A stretch of 64,000 nt of DNA from assembly GCA_016182085.1 (NCBI GenBank), contig JACOYB010000004.1, positions 339,923 through 403,922 of the forward strand, written 5' to 3'. The DNA comes from Candidatus Magasanikiibacteriota bacterium. Its GTDB lineage: Bacteria > Patescibacteriota > Patescibacteriia > Magasanikbacterales > GWA2-37-8. How positions within the stretch are numbered: position 1 is the first letter of the stretch; each line of letters opens with the position of its first letter. Both the position numbers and the translations under genes were made by a program. Of this stretch, positions 39,947 through 50,937 are shown one piece after another. The notes below the pieces were generated by a model. The model had not been told where the DNA came from. It saw nothing but the letters and a program-made list of their open reading frames with translations, and ran no database searches.

Positions 39947-41242
39947 ATGTCCTATTTGCTTATAAACGGCGGTAAAAAACTCCACGGAGAAATTATCAAC
40001 CAATCATCTAAGAATTCAGCCGTGGCGATTTTATGCGCCTCACTTTTGATACGAGGTAAAACCGTATTATCAGATGTTCCTCAAATTGAAGAAGTGAACC
40101 GTATCTTAGAATTACTTGCCAGTTTGGGGGTTAAGATAGAGCAGCCAGAACCCGGTAAGGTAATTTTGGATACAAGCGCTAAACTAATATTTGGCCATAT
40201 AGACAGACACGCTTCCGAGGTTACCAGATCATCACTATTGCTTTTAGGCGCGCTCGCTTCTTATCCGGTTAGTTATAATTTATATAAATCAGGCGGATGC
40301 CGTTTGGGAGAACGCACCGTTCGCCCTCATTTATACGCGTTGCAAAATTTCGGGGTAGCCGTTAGTTCTAAAGAAAAATTTTATTTGGTAAAAAATAGCG
40401 GTTTGCGCGCCGGAGAAATAGTTATGTATGAATCAGGCGATACGCCAACTGAAAATGCGATTATGGCCGCGGTCCTGGCTCCGGGCACTACCACTATTCG
40501 TATGGCATCGGCAAATTATATGGTACAGGATTTGTGTCATTTTTTGGTTGCCGCCGGCGCTAAAATAAAAGGTATTGGCACGACCACGCTCGTTATTGAA
40601 GGCGTGCCGTCCTTAAAATCAAAAGTTGCCTATTCTATCATGCCAGATCCGATTGCGGCTATGACCTTTATTAGCACGGCCATAGTTACCGGTTCAAATC
40701 TTACGATCAAACATTGTCCGATGGATTTTTTGGATCTAGAATTATACAAGTTGGCCACCATGGGGCAGAAATTTGTCATTAAAAATGAATCGCACAGTAA
40801 ATTTCGCATGGCTTCCATAGAAATAATTCCATCCAAACTCAAAGCGCTGCCCGATAAAATCTATGGCCGTCCGTTTCCCGGATTAAATTTAGACAACCTG
40901 CCGCTGTTTGTGCCAATTTTGGCAAAAGCCAAAGGCAAGACCTTGGTGCATGATTGGGCGTATGAGAATAGATCGGTATATTATTTGGAATTACAGAAAT
41001 TAGGAGTTAAAATAAACTCATTGGATCTGCATCGTGTTTGGGTGGAGGGGCCGACAATTTTTAAACCCAATGACGTGATGGCTCCGCCAGCGCTGAGGCC
41101 CGCCGTATGCATCCTTATAGGAATGTTGGCTGCCAAGGGAAAATCAAAACTTAGAAATACGTATGTTATTGATCGCGGATACGAAAATTTATACGAAGTT
41201 TTAAATAAGGTTGGCGCTGACATTAAAGTAATTACATCATAA
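39947..41242 (+). CDS. murA: UDP-N-acetylglucosamine 1-carboxyvinyltransferase
   Basis: SKNSAV, GGCRLGER, TENAIMAA, YENR, IDRGYE. Confidence 0.9.
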   Translation: MSYLLINGGKKLHGEIINQSSKNSAVAILCASLLIRGKTVLSDVPQIEEVNRILELLASLGVKIEQPEPGKVILDTSAKLIFGHIDRHASEVTRSSLLLLGALASYPVSYNLYKSGGCRLGERTVRPHLYALQNFGVAVSSKEKFYLVKNSGLRAGEIVMYESGDTPTENAIMAAVLAPGTTTIRMASANYMVQDLCHFLVAAGAKIKGIGTTTLVIEGVPSLKSKVAYSIMPDPIAAMTFISTAIVTGSNLTIKHCPMDFLDLELYKLATMGQKFVIKNESHSKFRMASIEIIPSKLKALPDKIYGRPFPGLNLDNLPLFVPILAKAKGKTLVHDWAYENRSVYYLELQKLGVKINSLDLHRVWVEGPTIFKPNDVMAPPALRPAVCILIGMLAAKGKSKLRNTYVIDRGYENLYEVLNKVGADIKVITS

Positions 41243-41247
41243 TTTTT

Positions 41248-42510
41248 ATGCCAGATATTTCTCCAGTCAAAATGAGAGCTCAAAAATACGCAGGCGTCTA
41301 TTTATCGGTAATACTTTTTATTATCTCTTTTGGCATGGGCGTGATTGTGGGAAAGACGTGGTATATACAAAAACAAATAACGGATGCGGACGGCAATGTG
41401 CGAGTGGATAAAGTGCTTAACTTAAACAGAACGACAAATAAATCAGCGGTTGAATTTGATCAGTTTTGGGATGTTTGGGATGCGATTAAAACAAAATACG
41501 TAAAACAACCGGTAACGGACACGGAAATGTTTTATGGCGCGATCCAAGGGCTGGTAACATCATTAGGCGATCCATATTCGTTATATTTCCCTCCTCAGCA
41601 GGCCGAAGAATTTGCCAAAGATTTATCCGGAGAGCTAGAAGGCATTGGCGCGGAAATAGGCATAAAGAATAATGAGCTCGTAGTAGTTTCACCCTTACCG
41701 GATTCTCCCGCGCAAAAAGCCGGGCTGCGACCGGGGGATAAGATTTTAGAGATAGATAAAGAAAGCACGTTTGGCATGGATGTAAATACCGCCGTAAGCA
41801 AAATACGGGGTAAGGCAAATACCAAAGTAGTTCTGACAATTACCAGAAACGGCTTAAGCAAAGCGAAAGAGGTGGAGATTACGAGAATGAAAATAATCAT
41901 TCCTTCAGTTTTATTTTCATTTAAACCGAATGACATTGCTTATTTGCGCATCATGCAATTTAATGATGATACAACGCGTGAATTAAATAAATATATAAAA
42001 CAAATAAAATTCCGTTCAGCTAAGGGCATAGTATTGGATTTGCGAAATAACCCCGGCGGATATTTGAATACTTCAATTGAAATGGCTAGTCAATGGATAG
42101 AAGACGGTTTGGTCGTAAGTGAAAAGGGCAGGGACGGGTTAAACAACGAACATGAGACCGTGGGGCCGCATTTATTGTCCGAAATAAAGACCGTAGTTCT
42201 GGTAAATAAAGGTTCGGCCTCAGCTTCAGAAATTGTTGCCGGCGCGCTCCAGGATACCAAAAAAGCTGTTTTAGTGGGCGAACAAACGTACGGTAAAGGT
42301 TCGGTTCAAGATTTTGAAACGTTCTCGGATGGTTCGGCTTTGAAATTAACTGTGGCCGAATGGTTTACCCCAAACGGAAAAAATATAAACAAAGAAGGAA
42401 TTAAACCCGATATAGAAATTAAAGAAGATTGGGAAAAGGAAGCGGTAGGCGAAGACAAAGTATTAGATTTTGCTCTGGATCTTTTTGCTTCCTCTACGTT
42501 TAAATGGTAA
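41248..42510 (+). CDS. S41 carboxy-terminal processing protease
   Basis: PDZ domain, DLRNNPGG, SASASEI, TYGKGSVQ. Confidence 0.93.
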   Translation: MPDISPVKMRAQKYAGVYLSVILFIISFGMGVIVGKTWYIQKQITDADGNVRVDKVLNLNRTTNKSAVEFDQFWDVWDAIKTKYVKQPVTDTEMFYGAIQGLVTSLGDPYSLYFPPQQAEEFAKDLSGELEGIGAEIGIKNNELVVVSPLPDSPAQKAGLRPGDKILEIDKESTFGMDVNTAVSKIRGKANTKVVLTITRNGLSKAKEVEITRMKIIIPSVLFSFKPNDIAYLRIMQFNDDTTRELNKYIKQIKFRSAKGIVLDLRNNPGGYLNTSIEMASQWIEDGLVVSEKGRDGLNNEHETVGPHLLSEIKTVVLVNKGSASASEIVAGALQDTKKAVLVGEQTYGKGSVQDFETFSDGSALKLTVAEWFTPNGKNINKEGIKPDIEIKEDWEKEAVGEDKVLDFALDLFASSTFKW

Positions 42511-42718
42511 GGAATTTAATTTTACTTCTTCTCAGTTAAGAAAAGGCGTTTTTAACTTTTTTAGGTCCTATATATACCCTTGACAAAAGGGTGATTTTAT
42601 GATATATTTATCTGTTATTTTTATCTAAAAATACATTCAGTGGCCTGTCGATTAACTGTAGTAAATTCTTACTATAGATAACCGGCACACCAACCAACAA
42701 AGCCGGAAGGAGGCCCTC

Positions 42719-43366
42719 ATGGGCAGAACGAACCAAACGATCAAGATTCTGGGCACCACGGGCTTCCTGAGCTGCAGCTACGGCCGAGATCCTCAGTGGA
42801 GCACCATGATCGAGATCGATGACCCCGAGGAGCTCGACTGGCAGGACATTCCGCCCGAGCTGAAGTTCGAGGGCAAGAAGCTCATCGTGTGCGTCAAGAT
42901 CGGTAGCCGTAGCAACCATGCGTTCACGAGCGCGGAGCTGCGCCAGATCGGACAGGAGCTCCGCTGGACGAAGAACAACCCGCTCGGCGCCCAGCTCAAG
43001 GAGCTTCGCGAGCGTCGTGATTTCCTCAAGCAGCAGTACGACCAGGACAAGGCTGGCAACTCCAGTCGTCTCCTGCTCACCTTCCGCAAGGGAGGGCCGC
43101 GGAACGAGCTCCAGGCGTCGGATGAGACCGAACCCGGTCGCCGATTCCATCGAGTGTTCGTCCTCGATCGCTACACCCTCGAGCGTGGCAACGTCAAGGA
43201 GGGCGCGACCTACTCCTGCTCCATTAAGCAGGTACTGAAGCAGAACGATCCGCAGGGCAATTTCCAGGGCTTCATGCTCCTCCTCGTCTCGGTCGGGCAC
43301 GAACACTTCGATCCCGACCAGCGGATCCAGAAGTTCGAGGCTGCCATCGCCGCGGGTGCCAAGTAG
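42719..43366 (+). CDS. GC-rich orphan protein
   Basis: GGAAGGAGG SD, TTGACA-17-TATATT promoter (42580-42608), Lys encoded by AAG. Confidence 0.75.
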   Translation: MGRTNQTIKILGTTGFLSCSYGRDPQWSTMIEIDDPEELDWQDIPPELKFEGKKLIVCVKIGSRSNHAFTSAELRQIGQELRWTKNNPLGAQLKELRERRDFLKQQYDQDKAGNSSRLLLTFRKGGPRNELQASDETEPGRRFHRVFVLDRYTLERGNVKEGATYSCSIKQVLKQNDPQGNFQGFMLLLVSVGHEHFDPDQRIQKFEAAIAAGAK

Positions 43367-43501
43367 TTCGTGCGTCACTGAGCAACTCGGTCGCACCATG
43401 CGACCCGAGCGACTCAGACAACTACATCCGAGCCGCTCACACAATCTAATAACTATTTGTTACATTGTGTGAGCTCGGATGTATAGAGAAAACAAAATAT
43501 T

Positions 43502-43538
43502 TAAAAAGCCCTCCAACGTTACGTCGGAGGGCTTTTTA
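43502..43538. terminator. Bidirectional terminator
   Basis: AAAAAGCCCTCC...GGAGGGCTTTTT. Confidence 0.8.
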
Positions 43539-43558
43539 GTTGGCTATTATACAGTCAG

Positions 43559-44443
43559 CTAAATTTTTTCTTCCCAGCGCCTGTCGGTTTCTACTTCCAG
43601 TTCCAAGAAAACTTTTTTATTGAGCGCGGCTTCCAGTTCTTTGCGTGCGGCAATGCCGATTTCTTTTATAGAGCGCCCGCCAGTGCCGATGATCATTTTT
43701 TTGTAGCGGCTGTCATAAGTATAGACTATTGCTTTGATTACATATACATCGGGTTTTTCTTCTATTTCCGGCACTTCTACATGAGTGGAATATGGCACTT
43801 CTTGGCGCAGAGCTTTAAATATTTTTTCTCGGATTATTTCCGCCACCCAGAACTTTCTGTTTATATTGGTAAGCTGATCCGAAGGGTAAGTTGGCTGTCC
43901 TTCGGGCAAGAGTTCAAAGACTTTATCTTTTAGAGGCTGGATATGTCGGTTTTCTTCGGCCGATACTTCAAATACAGCCGTAAATTGATCGCCAAGAGCC
44001 AAATAATCATCAAGATATAATTTTTCGTGTTTGGGTAAATCGGCTTTGTTAATTACGAGCAGTTTTGGTATATCCAAATTTCGTACCATGGCGAGCGTGG
44101 CGCGCTCTTCTACACCCAAAGATTTACTGGGATCGGCTACATACATTACGATGTCTATCCCTTCCAAGGCTTCGTGGGCGCGTTGGATCAGTTTGCCCGA
44201 CAGCGGATTGCCTTTATCTTTAAAAATTCCCGGCGTATCCACAAAAACGGCTTGGCCTTGCGCGGTATTTAAAACTCCATGTATAATGTCTCTGGTGGTT
44301 TGTGGTTTGTCTGTGACGGCGGCAATTTTGGTCCCGACCAGGGTATTGAGCAGGGCAGATTTACCCACGTTAGAACGGCCGATCAAGGTAACAAAACCGG
44401 ATTTAAAAACAGGCGCGGAAGGTTGGTTTTTTTCTTTTGCCAT
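43559..44443 (-). CDS. era: GTPase Era
   Basis: GRSNVGKS, PQTTR, DTPG, NKAD, EIIREK, KH domain IIGTGG. Confidence 0.96.
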   Translation of the reverse strand: MAKEKNQPSAPVFKSGFVTLIGRSNVGKSALLNTLVGTKIAAVTDKPQTTRDIIHGVLNTAQGQAVFVDTPGIFKDKGNPLSGKLIQRAHEALEGIDIVMYVADPSKSLGVEERATLAMVRNLDIPKLLVINKADLPKHEKLYLDDYLALGDQFTAVFEVSAEENRHIQPLKDKVFELLPEGQPTYPSDQLTNINRKFWVAEIIREKIFKALRQEVPYSTHVEVPEIEEKPDVYVIKAIVYTYDSRYKKMIIGTGGRSIKEIGIAARKELEAALNKKVFLELEVETDRRWEEKI

Positions 44444-44506
44444 AAGTTGCAGAATTAATGAATTTTGTTATTATATAGCAAATCACGCTTAAAATCAAGG
44501 TTGGTT

Positions 44507-44620
44507 TATATGGGCTAAAGCCGCATATAAACTCATTCGCTCGGAAATATCCAGTATAAATATTTTTAGCTCGCAAGCGATCAAAAATATTTTCCTGTCT
44601 ATCTCACTCACTCATTTCGT
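44507..44620 (+). repeat. CTCATTCGC...CACTCATTTCGT element abutting the rplI start
   Basis: Ends 2 nt before ATG; homologous to 38325-38403 and 54762-54817. Confidence 0.8.
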
Positions 44621-44622
44621 TT

Positions 44623-45063
44623 ATGAAAGTAATTTTGATTCAAAATGTGCCAAATTTTGGCAAGATTGATGATATAAAAGAAGTATCCGAAGGGTATGCT
44701 CGGAATTTTTTGTTTGCCAAAAATTTGGCTGTAGCCGCCTCGCCAAATATTTTAAAAGAAATAGAGGCGCGCCGAAATCGCAAGTTGAAAAATACGGAAA
44801 ACGAATTGCGCGAGCAGCAAGCGATTGCCCAGCGGCTGGACGGCCGAGAATTTACGCTTAAAGAAAAAACCAGTGCCGCCGGCGCGTTATATGCGGCAGT
44901 TGGTCCGCAAAAAATTTTGGAAATACTCAAAAAATCAGGATTTACCATAGATAAAGATAAAATAGCGATGAAACCGATAAAAGAAGCGGGGGAGTACAAG
45001 GCTAAAATTAAATTTTCCTACGGCCTGGAAGCGGAAATAATTGTTAATGTTATTAAGCTTTGA
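44623..45063 (+). CDS. rplI: 50S ribosomal protein L9
   Basis: MKVIL...GYARNFLF. Confidence 0.95.
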   Translation: MKVILIQNVPNFGKIDDIKEVSEGYARNFLFAKNLAVAASPNILKEIEARRNRKLKNTENELREQQAIAQRLDGREFTLKEKTSAAGALYAAVGPQKILEILKKSGFTIDKDKIAMKPIKEAGEYKAKIKFSYGLEAEIIVNVIKL

Positions 45064-45090
45064 TTCAGAACCTGCGTGAAATTTTTTGTT

Positions 45091-45174
45091 TGTCATTCTG
45101 AGCAAAGCGAAGAATCTCTGTCCAGCTGATCAAGATAGTACTGATAGAGATCCTTCATTTCATTCAGGATGACA
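45091..45174. repeat. REP-like TGTCAT...ATGACA element
   Basis: TGTCATTCTGAGCAAAGCGAAGAATCTC...GAGATCCTTC...CAGGATGACA. Confidence 0.85.
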
Positions 45175-45212
45175 AATGTGTTTATAAAACAGTATTAAAC
45201 AAGTTATAAATT

Positions 45213-46844
45213 ATGCAAAAAACAAAGTATATTTTTGTAATTGGGGGCGTGTTAAGCGGTGTCGGAAAAGGTGTAACAACTGCGTCTATTGGCCGCATTT
45301 TTAAAAATAGAGGTTTTAAAGTTTCCGCGATTAAAATTGATCCGTATATCAATGTGGATGCCGGCACTATGAACCCGGTAGAACACGGCGAGGTGTTTGT
45401 GACCGAAGACGGAGATGAAACCGACCAAGACCTGGGAAACTATGAACGATTTTTGGAAACTGATATTTATTCCTATAATTACATGACTACCGGACGGGTA
45501 TATTTAAGCGTGATTGAGAAAGAAAGAGGCATGCAGTATAAAGGCAAATGCGTGGAAGTGGTGCCGCATATTCCCATGGAAGTCATACATCGTATAAAAA
45601 ATGCCGCGGCTAAAACCAAAGCCGAAATAATGGTAATTGAGATCGGAGGCACGGCCGGGGAATATCAAAACATCCTCTTTTTGGAAGCGGCGCGCATGAT
45701 GAAGCTGGAAAACCCTGGTGATGTGGCTTTTGTACTCGTAAGTTATTTGCCAGTGCCCGGACACTTGGGAGAAATGAAAACCAAACCAACTCAGTATGCC
45801 TCTAGAACTTTAAACGCAAGCGGTATCCAAGCTGATTTTATTGTAGCTCGCGGTCCGGCCGCGCTGGATAAGCCCAGACGAGAAAAATTAGCAGTGCTGT
45901 GCGGGTTGCGCAACGAAGATGATGTGATTGCTGCGCCAGATGTTAAAAGTATTTATGAAATACCGCAGGTACTGGAAAAACAAAAGTTTGCCGAGTCAAT
46001 AATGAAACGGTTAAATATAAAATCACGCAAGGTAGTTGAAAAAAATTGGGATAAATTTGTAAATAAAATAGACAAAATTACGACTTCAGTAAAAATTGCC
46101 GTGATTGGCAAGTATTTTGCCACTGGTGATTATACCTTGGCCGATTCCTATATTTCGGTAATTAACGCCATTAAGCACGCGGCCTGGCACAATGGCGTAA
46201 ACGCGGAAATGACTTGGATTGATTCGGAAGAGTATGAGAAACACCCTGAGAAAATTAAAGAATTGGGTAATTACGATGCGGTGATTGTTCCGGGTGGATT
46301 TGGCACAAGAGGCATAGAGGGTATAATTTCAACAATTAAGTATGCTCGTGAACACAATCTGCCATATTTAGGTTTGTGTTATGGTATGCAGCTCGCAACT
46401 ATAGAATTTTCCCGTAATGTATTGGGTTATAAAGACGCGCACACCGTGGAATGCAATCCAAAAAGCAAGAATTTGATTATAAATATTAATTTAACTCAAG
46501 CGGAAAATATAAAAAATAATCGGTATGGCGGCACGATGCGTCTCGGCGCCTATGATTGCGTGCTAAAACAAGGAAGCATTTCCCGTAATTTATATGGCGC
46601 GGAAAAGATCAGCGAACGCCATCGTCATCGTTATGAATTTGATAACAAATATAGAGATGAGATGGAACAAAAAGGCATGATCGTAACAGGTGTCAATCCG
46701 CAATCAAATTTAGTGGAAATTATTGAAATAAAAAATCATCCATATTTTGTCGGAGTGCAATTTCATCCTGAGTTTAAATCAAGATTTTTAGAGCCACACC
46801 CATTGTTTGTTGGGTTGGTGAAAGCAGCTTTGAAGAATAAATAA
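45213..46844 (+). CDS. pyrG: CTP synthase
   Basis: GGVLSGVGKG, KTKPTQ, GLCYGMQ, ERHRHRYE, QFHPEF. Confidence 0.98.
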   Translation: MQKTKYIFVIGGVLSGVGKGVTTASIGRIFKNRGFKVSAIKIDPYINVDAGTMNPVEHGEVFVTEDGDETDQDLGNYERFLETDIYSYNYMTTGRVYLSVIEKERGMQYKGKCVEVVPHIPMEVIHRIKNAAAKTKAEIMVIEIGGTAGEYQNILFLEAARMMKLENPGDVAFVLVSYLPVPGHLGEMKTKPTQYASRTLNASGIQADFIVARGPAALDKPRREKLAVLCGLRNEDDVIAAPDVKSIYEIPQVLEKQKFAESIMKRLNIKSRKVVEKNWDKFVNKIDKITTSVKIAVIGKYFATGDYTLADSYISVINAIKHAAWHNGVNAEMTWIDSEEYEKHPEKIKELGNYDAVIVPGGFGTRGIEGIISTIKYAREHNLPYLGLCYGMQLATIEFSRNVLGYKDAHTVECNPKSKNLIININLTQAENIKNNRYGGTMRLGAYDCVLKQGSISRNLYGAEKISERHRHRYEFDNKYRDEMEQKGMIVTGVNPQSNLVEIIEIKNHPYFVGVQFHPEFKSRFLEPHPLFVGLVKAALKNK

Positions 46845-46851
46845 ACTGACT

Positions 46852-48243
46852 TTATCTTCCAGCCATTCTCAAAATCGTGTTTATCGTCCGCATGAGAATA
46901 GATATATCCAATGTGAAGTTGCGATTTTTAATATAATATAAATCGTATTCAAGTTTGCGCAAATTCTCTTCTATAGTTCCGTAGTAAGAATTGTTTATCT
47001 GGGCCCAGCCGGTAAGTCCGGGTTTTATTAAATGACGCAGTGTATAAAAAGGCATCTCTTTAGTAATTTGGGTTACAAATTCCGGACGTTCAGGCCGCGG
47101 CCCGATAAAGGACATTTGGCCTTTTAAAATATTAAAAAATTGGGGGATTTCATCCAGGCGAGTAAGTCGTAAAAATTTTCCTACGGCCGTAATGCGCGGG
47201 TCTTTATTAGATGCAAACTGCGGGCCGTTCGTTTCCGCGCTGCCATCGCTAGAGAGCGCTTTCATCGTGCGATATTTATATACTTTAAAGATCGTGCCGC
47301 CTCTGCCAACTCTATTTTGGGAAAAGAATACAGGGCCTTTGGAGTTGAGTTTTATGGCCAAGGCCAAAAGTGGCAACGTAGCAGCAAAAAATATGCCAAC
47401 TACTATTGCTAACAGATAATCCGTTAAAATTCGGAAGCGATCATAAATTTTTTTCTGTTGTTCCTGCAGATGAGATACGAACCAGCCTTCGGAAAAAGTA
47501 AACGGAGGAATACGGTGCATGACAGATTCGTAAAACGCGGAAAGGCTAACAATGCTGATTTGTTGAAAGAGACTCTGGTACAATTCTTGCAGGAGTTTGT
47601 GATTAGTGCTCATTTGGGGTGATAAAACAATGATATGCAAGCCCCCTTTTGTTTGTTGGTTTATTTCCGCGATTGTTTTGCCAAAAATTATGTTTTTTTC
47701 CTTTAACTCAGAAATAAATTCCTGATTTGCATTTATTTCAGGTTCGGAAATTATGCCAGCTACCGAATATCCTAGCTGAGGTTCTTTCTGAATGTGTTTT
47801 ACGAGCTCTATTACTTCGTTGGTTATGCCGGCAAAAACTATATTATATTTTAAATTAACGATAATAAATCCGTTATAAAAAAATCGCCATGCGGCAATAA
47901 GTCCAAAACCAACAAGAGAAGTAAGAGCCAGAATGGTTTTTGGCGCGACTGACTGATTTGGGTTTATGTAAAAATAAATAATGCCAAACACAATCCAAAC
48001 TAAAGCGCTGACAATGATTTTTTGATAGAAAACCCAAGAATTTTTAGCTTTGGTTGCGTCGTATAAGCCGGCAATAAACATAATTATCGCGGCCAAAAGA
48101 AATAACAAGGTCATGGGGGAGACAAGTTCGGTAAAATTGTGTCCGGGAGTTGTCCGGTATCTTAAAAATATGGCCATGTAGAGGCCAGTATATAGGCCTA
48201 CTAGATCGCCAAATAAGAGCACAACTTGCTTTAAACGATACAT
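46852..48243 (-). CDS. Polyprenyl-phosphate sugar transferase (initiating glycosyltransferase)
   Basis: N-terminal TM helices; KYRTM, DPRIT, RLDEIPQ, GPRPERP, KPGLTGWAQ. Confidence 0.92.
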   Translation of the reverse strand: MYRLKQVVLLFGDLVGLYTGLYMAIFLRYRTTPGHNFTELVSPMTLLFLLAAIIMFIAGLYDATKAKNSWVFYQKIIVSALVWIVFGIIYFYINPNQSVAPKTILALTSLVGFGLIAAWRFFYNGFIIVNLKYNIVFAGITNEVIELVKHIQKEPQLGYSVAGIISEPEINANQEFISELKEKNIIFGKTIAEINQQTKGGLHIIVLSPQMSTNHKLLQELYQSLFQQISIVSLSAFYESVMHRIPPFTFSEGWFVSHLQEQQKKIYDRFRILTDYLLAIVVGIFFAATLPLLALAIKLNSKGPVFFSQNRVGRGGTIFKVYKYRTMKALSSDGSAETNGPQFASNKDPRITAVGKFLRLTRLDEIPQFFNILKGQMSFIGPRPERPEFVTQITKEMPFYTLRHLIKPGLTGWAQINNSYYGTIEENLRKLEYDLYYIKNRNFTLDISILMRTINTILRMAGR

Positions 48244-48266
48244 ATATCGTGATATAATCAATCAAT

Positions 48267-49778
48267 ATGTTTAAATCTTACCTTAGATTAGGCAAAAAAT
48301 CAATAGGATTAGGGCTCATAGCCCTAATTTTTAGCTTGAGTTTTACGAGCGGAGTTTTGGCTAAAATTCCCAACGATCCCAAGTTTCCCTTGCAGTCTGA
48401 CTTTTATGGCCAAATTGGCGCGCCTGAAGCTTGGGAATATACCACCGGAACCAGCAGTGTGGTAGTGGCGGTCATAGATGTTGGTGTAGATATTACGCAC
48501 GAGGATTTAAAAAATAATATTTGGAAAAACTCAAAGGAGCTACCCGGGAACGGTATCGATGACGACAATAATGGTTATGTGGATGATATTCATGGTTGGA
48601 ACTTCGTAGAAAATAATAATGATATTTCGCTTTCGGTTATCAAGGAAGTAGATGATTCCGGGGCCGTAAATCATGGTACCGTGCTTGCGGGGCTTATCGG
48701 GGCCCAAGGGAATAATGAAATATTAGGCGCCGGTTTGAATTGGGATGTAACCATAATGCCAGTGCGTGCTATAGATAATGCTGGCGGCGGAGTGCTTGCA
48801 AATGTGGCCAAGGCTGTGGATTATGCCGTAAATAATGGCGCTTCTATTATTAGTATAAGTTTTGTCGGTTTTGTTACCTATCCGGATTTAACCGATGCGT
48901 TATATAGAGCTTATCAAAAAGGTGTGCTGCCTGTAGTGGCCGCAGGCAATAGCCGTAATGACAGTAGCGGCAATGAAAATCTAACCAAAGTTAAACAATA
49001 TCCTGTTTGCTTGGATTCAGACTCTTCCGAAAATTGGATTTTGGGGGTAGCGTCCGTGGATTTGCAGGATAGGTTAAGCGATTTTGCTGATTATGGGAGT
49101 TGTATAGATATATCCGCTCCAGGAGAGAAGATTTTTAGTACGCAAAAATATGCGCCGCAATATGGATACACCAAAGATTTTGATGGAGCTTGGTATGGCA
49201 CTTCTTTTTCCGCGCCGTTGGTGGCTGGGGCGGCTGCGCTCGTAAAGTCTGTTCGTCCGGATTGGAAGGCAAAAGAATTAATGTCTGCCTTGCTTCGCAG
49301 CGCCGATGATGTTGATGGCTTAAATCCGGGGTTTGCCGGCCAAATGGGCTATGGTCGTTTAAATGTAGGCAAAGCCGTGGTCTTGGCTGTGGAATCAAAA
49401 AATATTCCGCCAATTACTTTTGAAACTAAATTGATAAATCAAAAAAAATCATACGCAATGCGAATTTCGGCAAATGGCAAAGTATTGCAAGATTTTCCCT
49501 TGTTCGGATATTCATCAAAATTTTCAAAATGGATGCTCAAAGATGATTTGTTTGTTTACGCGCGGTTTAGCAATAATAAAATAATTGTGGATGTCTGGGA
49601 TCTATCGGGGAATAAGAAGCTGTCCAACTTTGTGTTGCCGGGTATGACCGGCTTATCTGGCATAGAGGTAGATACGGTCTGGGGAGATAGCCCCAATGCA
49701 ATTTTATTTGCAAAGAAAGGAAAAGTAAATCAAAAAATTATTATAGATATTCCGAGCAAGAGCTGGAAGGTTGAGTAA
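48267..49778 (+). CDS. Secreted S8 subtilisin-like protease
   Basis: VAVIDVG, HGT, AAGN, GTSFSAP catalytic motifs. Confidence 0.93.
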   Translation: MFKSYLRLGKKSIGLGLIALIFSLSFTSGVLAKIPNDPKFPLQSDFYGQIGAPEAWEYTTGTSSVVVAVIDVGVDITHEDLKNNIWKNSKELPGNGIDDDNNGYVDDIHGWNFVENNNDISLSVIKEVDDSGAVNHGTVLAGLIGAQGNNEILGAGLNWDVTIMPVRAIDNAGGGVLANVAKAVDYAVNNGASIISISFVGFVTYPDLTDALYRAYQKGVLPVVAAGNSRNDSSGNENLTKVKQYPVCLDSDSSENWILGVASVDLQDRLSDFADYGSCIDISAPGEKIFSTQKYAPQYGYTKDFDGAWYGTSFSAPLVAGAAALVKSVRPDWKAKELMSALLRSADDVDGLNPGFAGQMGYGRLNVGKAVVLAVESKNIPPITFETKLINQKKSYAMRISANGKVLQDFPLFGYSSKFSKWMLKDDLFVYARFSNNKIIVDVWDLSGNKKLSNFVLPGMTGLSGIEVDTVWGDSPNAILFAKKGKVNQKIIIDIPSKSWKVE

Positions 49779-49896
49779 TTAAATACACTATCTATGTAAG
49801 CTGCCTTCCACCGCTCGTTTTGTTTTTAATCTTGCGTGTTGTAAATGGGGGAGGAGAATGCTATAATTTATATATAATTTTCTATTCTTGAACAGT

Positions 49897-50925
49897 ATGG
49901 ATACCCCTATTTTTGAGAAAAAAAACGTATTGGTAACCGGCGGCGCCGGATTTATTGGTTCTCATCTTTGCGAACGGCTTTTAAAAGAAGCCAAGGTAAT
50001 TTGTTTAGACGATTTTTCCAATTCAACGCCCGCCAATATCAAACATCTGTTGCAGTATCCGGATTTTGAATTTATAAAATACGATGTCAATCAGCCGATA
50101 AATTTGGATCAATTTGACGAGCTGGATAAATTTAAAGTTAAATTTCAAGGTATTCAGGAAATATATCACTTAGCTTGCCCAACCAGCCCCAATGATTTTG
50201 AAAAGTTAAAAATGAAATCTTTATGGGCCAATTCTTCGTCAATGATTAGTACCTTGGATTTGGCGGTAAAATATAAAGCCAAATATGTTTTTACTTCAAG
50301 TTCGGTAGTCTATGGCAACGCTACCAATGAAAAATACATGTTTAAAGAAACCGATCAGGGTGTGGTGAATCATTTGTCGCCGCGCGCTTGTTATGACGAA
50401 GGCAAGCGTTTTGCCGAAACATGCGTAGCTACATATCGCCAAGTATATGGCATAGATGCAAAAATTGCCCGGATATTTACCACATACGGCCCTCACATGA
50501 AAATTTTTGAAGGTCAAATGATACCCGACTTTATTATCAGCGCCTTGGAAGGAAAAAATCTTACTATAAATGGCGACGAATCGTTTTCCACCTCGCTTTG
50601 TTATGTGACCGATATGGTGGATGGGCTCGTGCGTCTTATGGCCAGCGCGCCGGACGTACAGATTGTAAATTTGGGAGACGATAAGATCGTTAAAATTGCG
50701 GATGTCGCGAGTGCGGTAATTCAAGCTACGAATTCATCTTCTCAAATTGTATTTGAAAAACCGCTGCTATTTTTAACCAGAAAAGGCGCCCCTGATTTGG
50801 CCTACACCAAAGAAAGTTTAGGCTGGCTGCCGCTGGTGCGTCTGCAAGATGGTTTAGGAAAAACCATTGATTATACGATTGCCAATAAAGAAGCGCTCAT
50901 GTTTGATCGCGGTTATCAAGTCTAG
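49897..50925 (+). CDS. NAD-dependent epimerase (UDP-glucuronate decarboxylase-like)
   Basis: TGGAGFIGSH, IYHLACP, RACYDEGKR. Confidence 0.9.
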   Translation: MDTPIFEKKNVLVTGGAGFIGSHLCERLLKEAKVICLDDFSNSTPANIKHLLQYPDFEFIKYDVNQPINLDQFDELDKFKVKFQGIQEIYHLACPTSPNDFEKLKMKSLWANSSSMISTLDLAVKYKAKYVFTSSSVVYGNATNEKYMFKETDQGVVNHLSPRACYDEGKRFAETCVATYRQVYGIDAKIARIFTTYGPHMKIFEGQMIPDFIISALEGKNLTINGDESFSTSLCYVTDMVDGLVRLMASAPDVQIVNLGDDKIVKIADVASAVIQATNSSSQIVFEKPLLFLTRKGAPDLAYTKESLGWLPLVRLQDGLGKTIDYTIANKEALMFDRGYQV

Positions 50926-50937
50926 ATAACGTGCAGT

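Noticed and set aside
43423-43483. Calling the 3' hairpins canonical integron attC sites
   Set aside because: RYYYAAC/GTTRRRY boxes are absent, the genes are dispersed with their own promoters, and there is no intI in the window; kept only as a structural analogy
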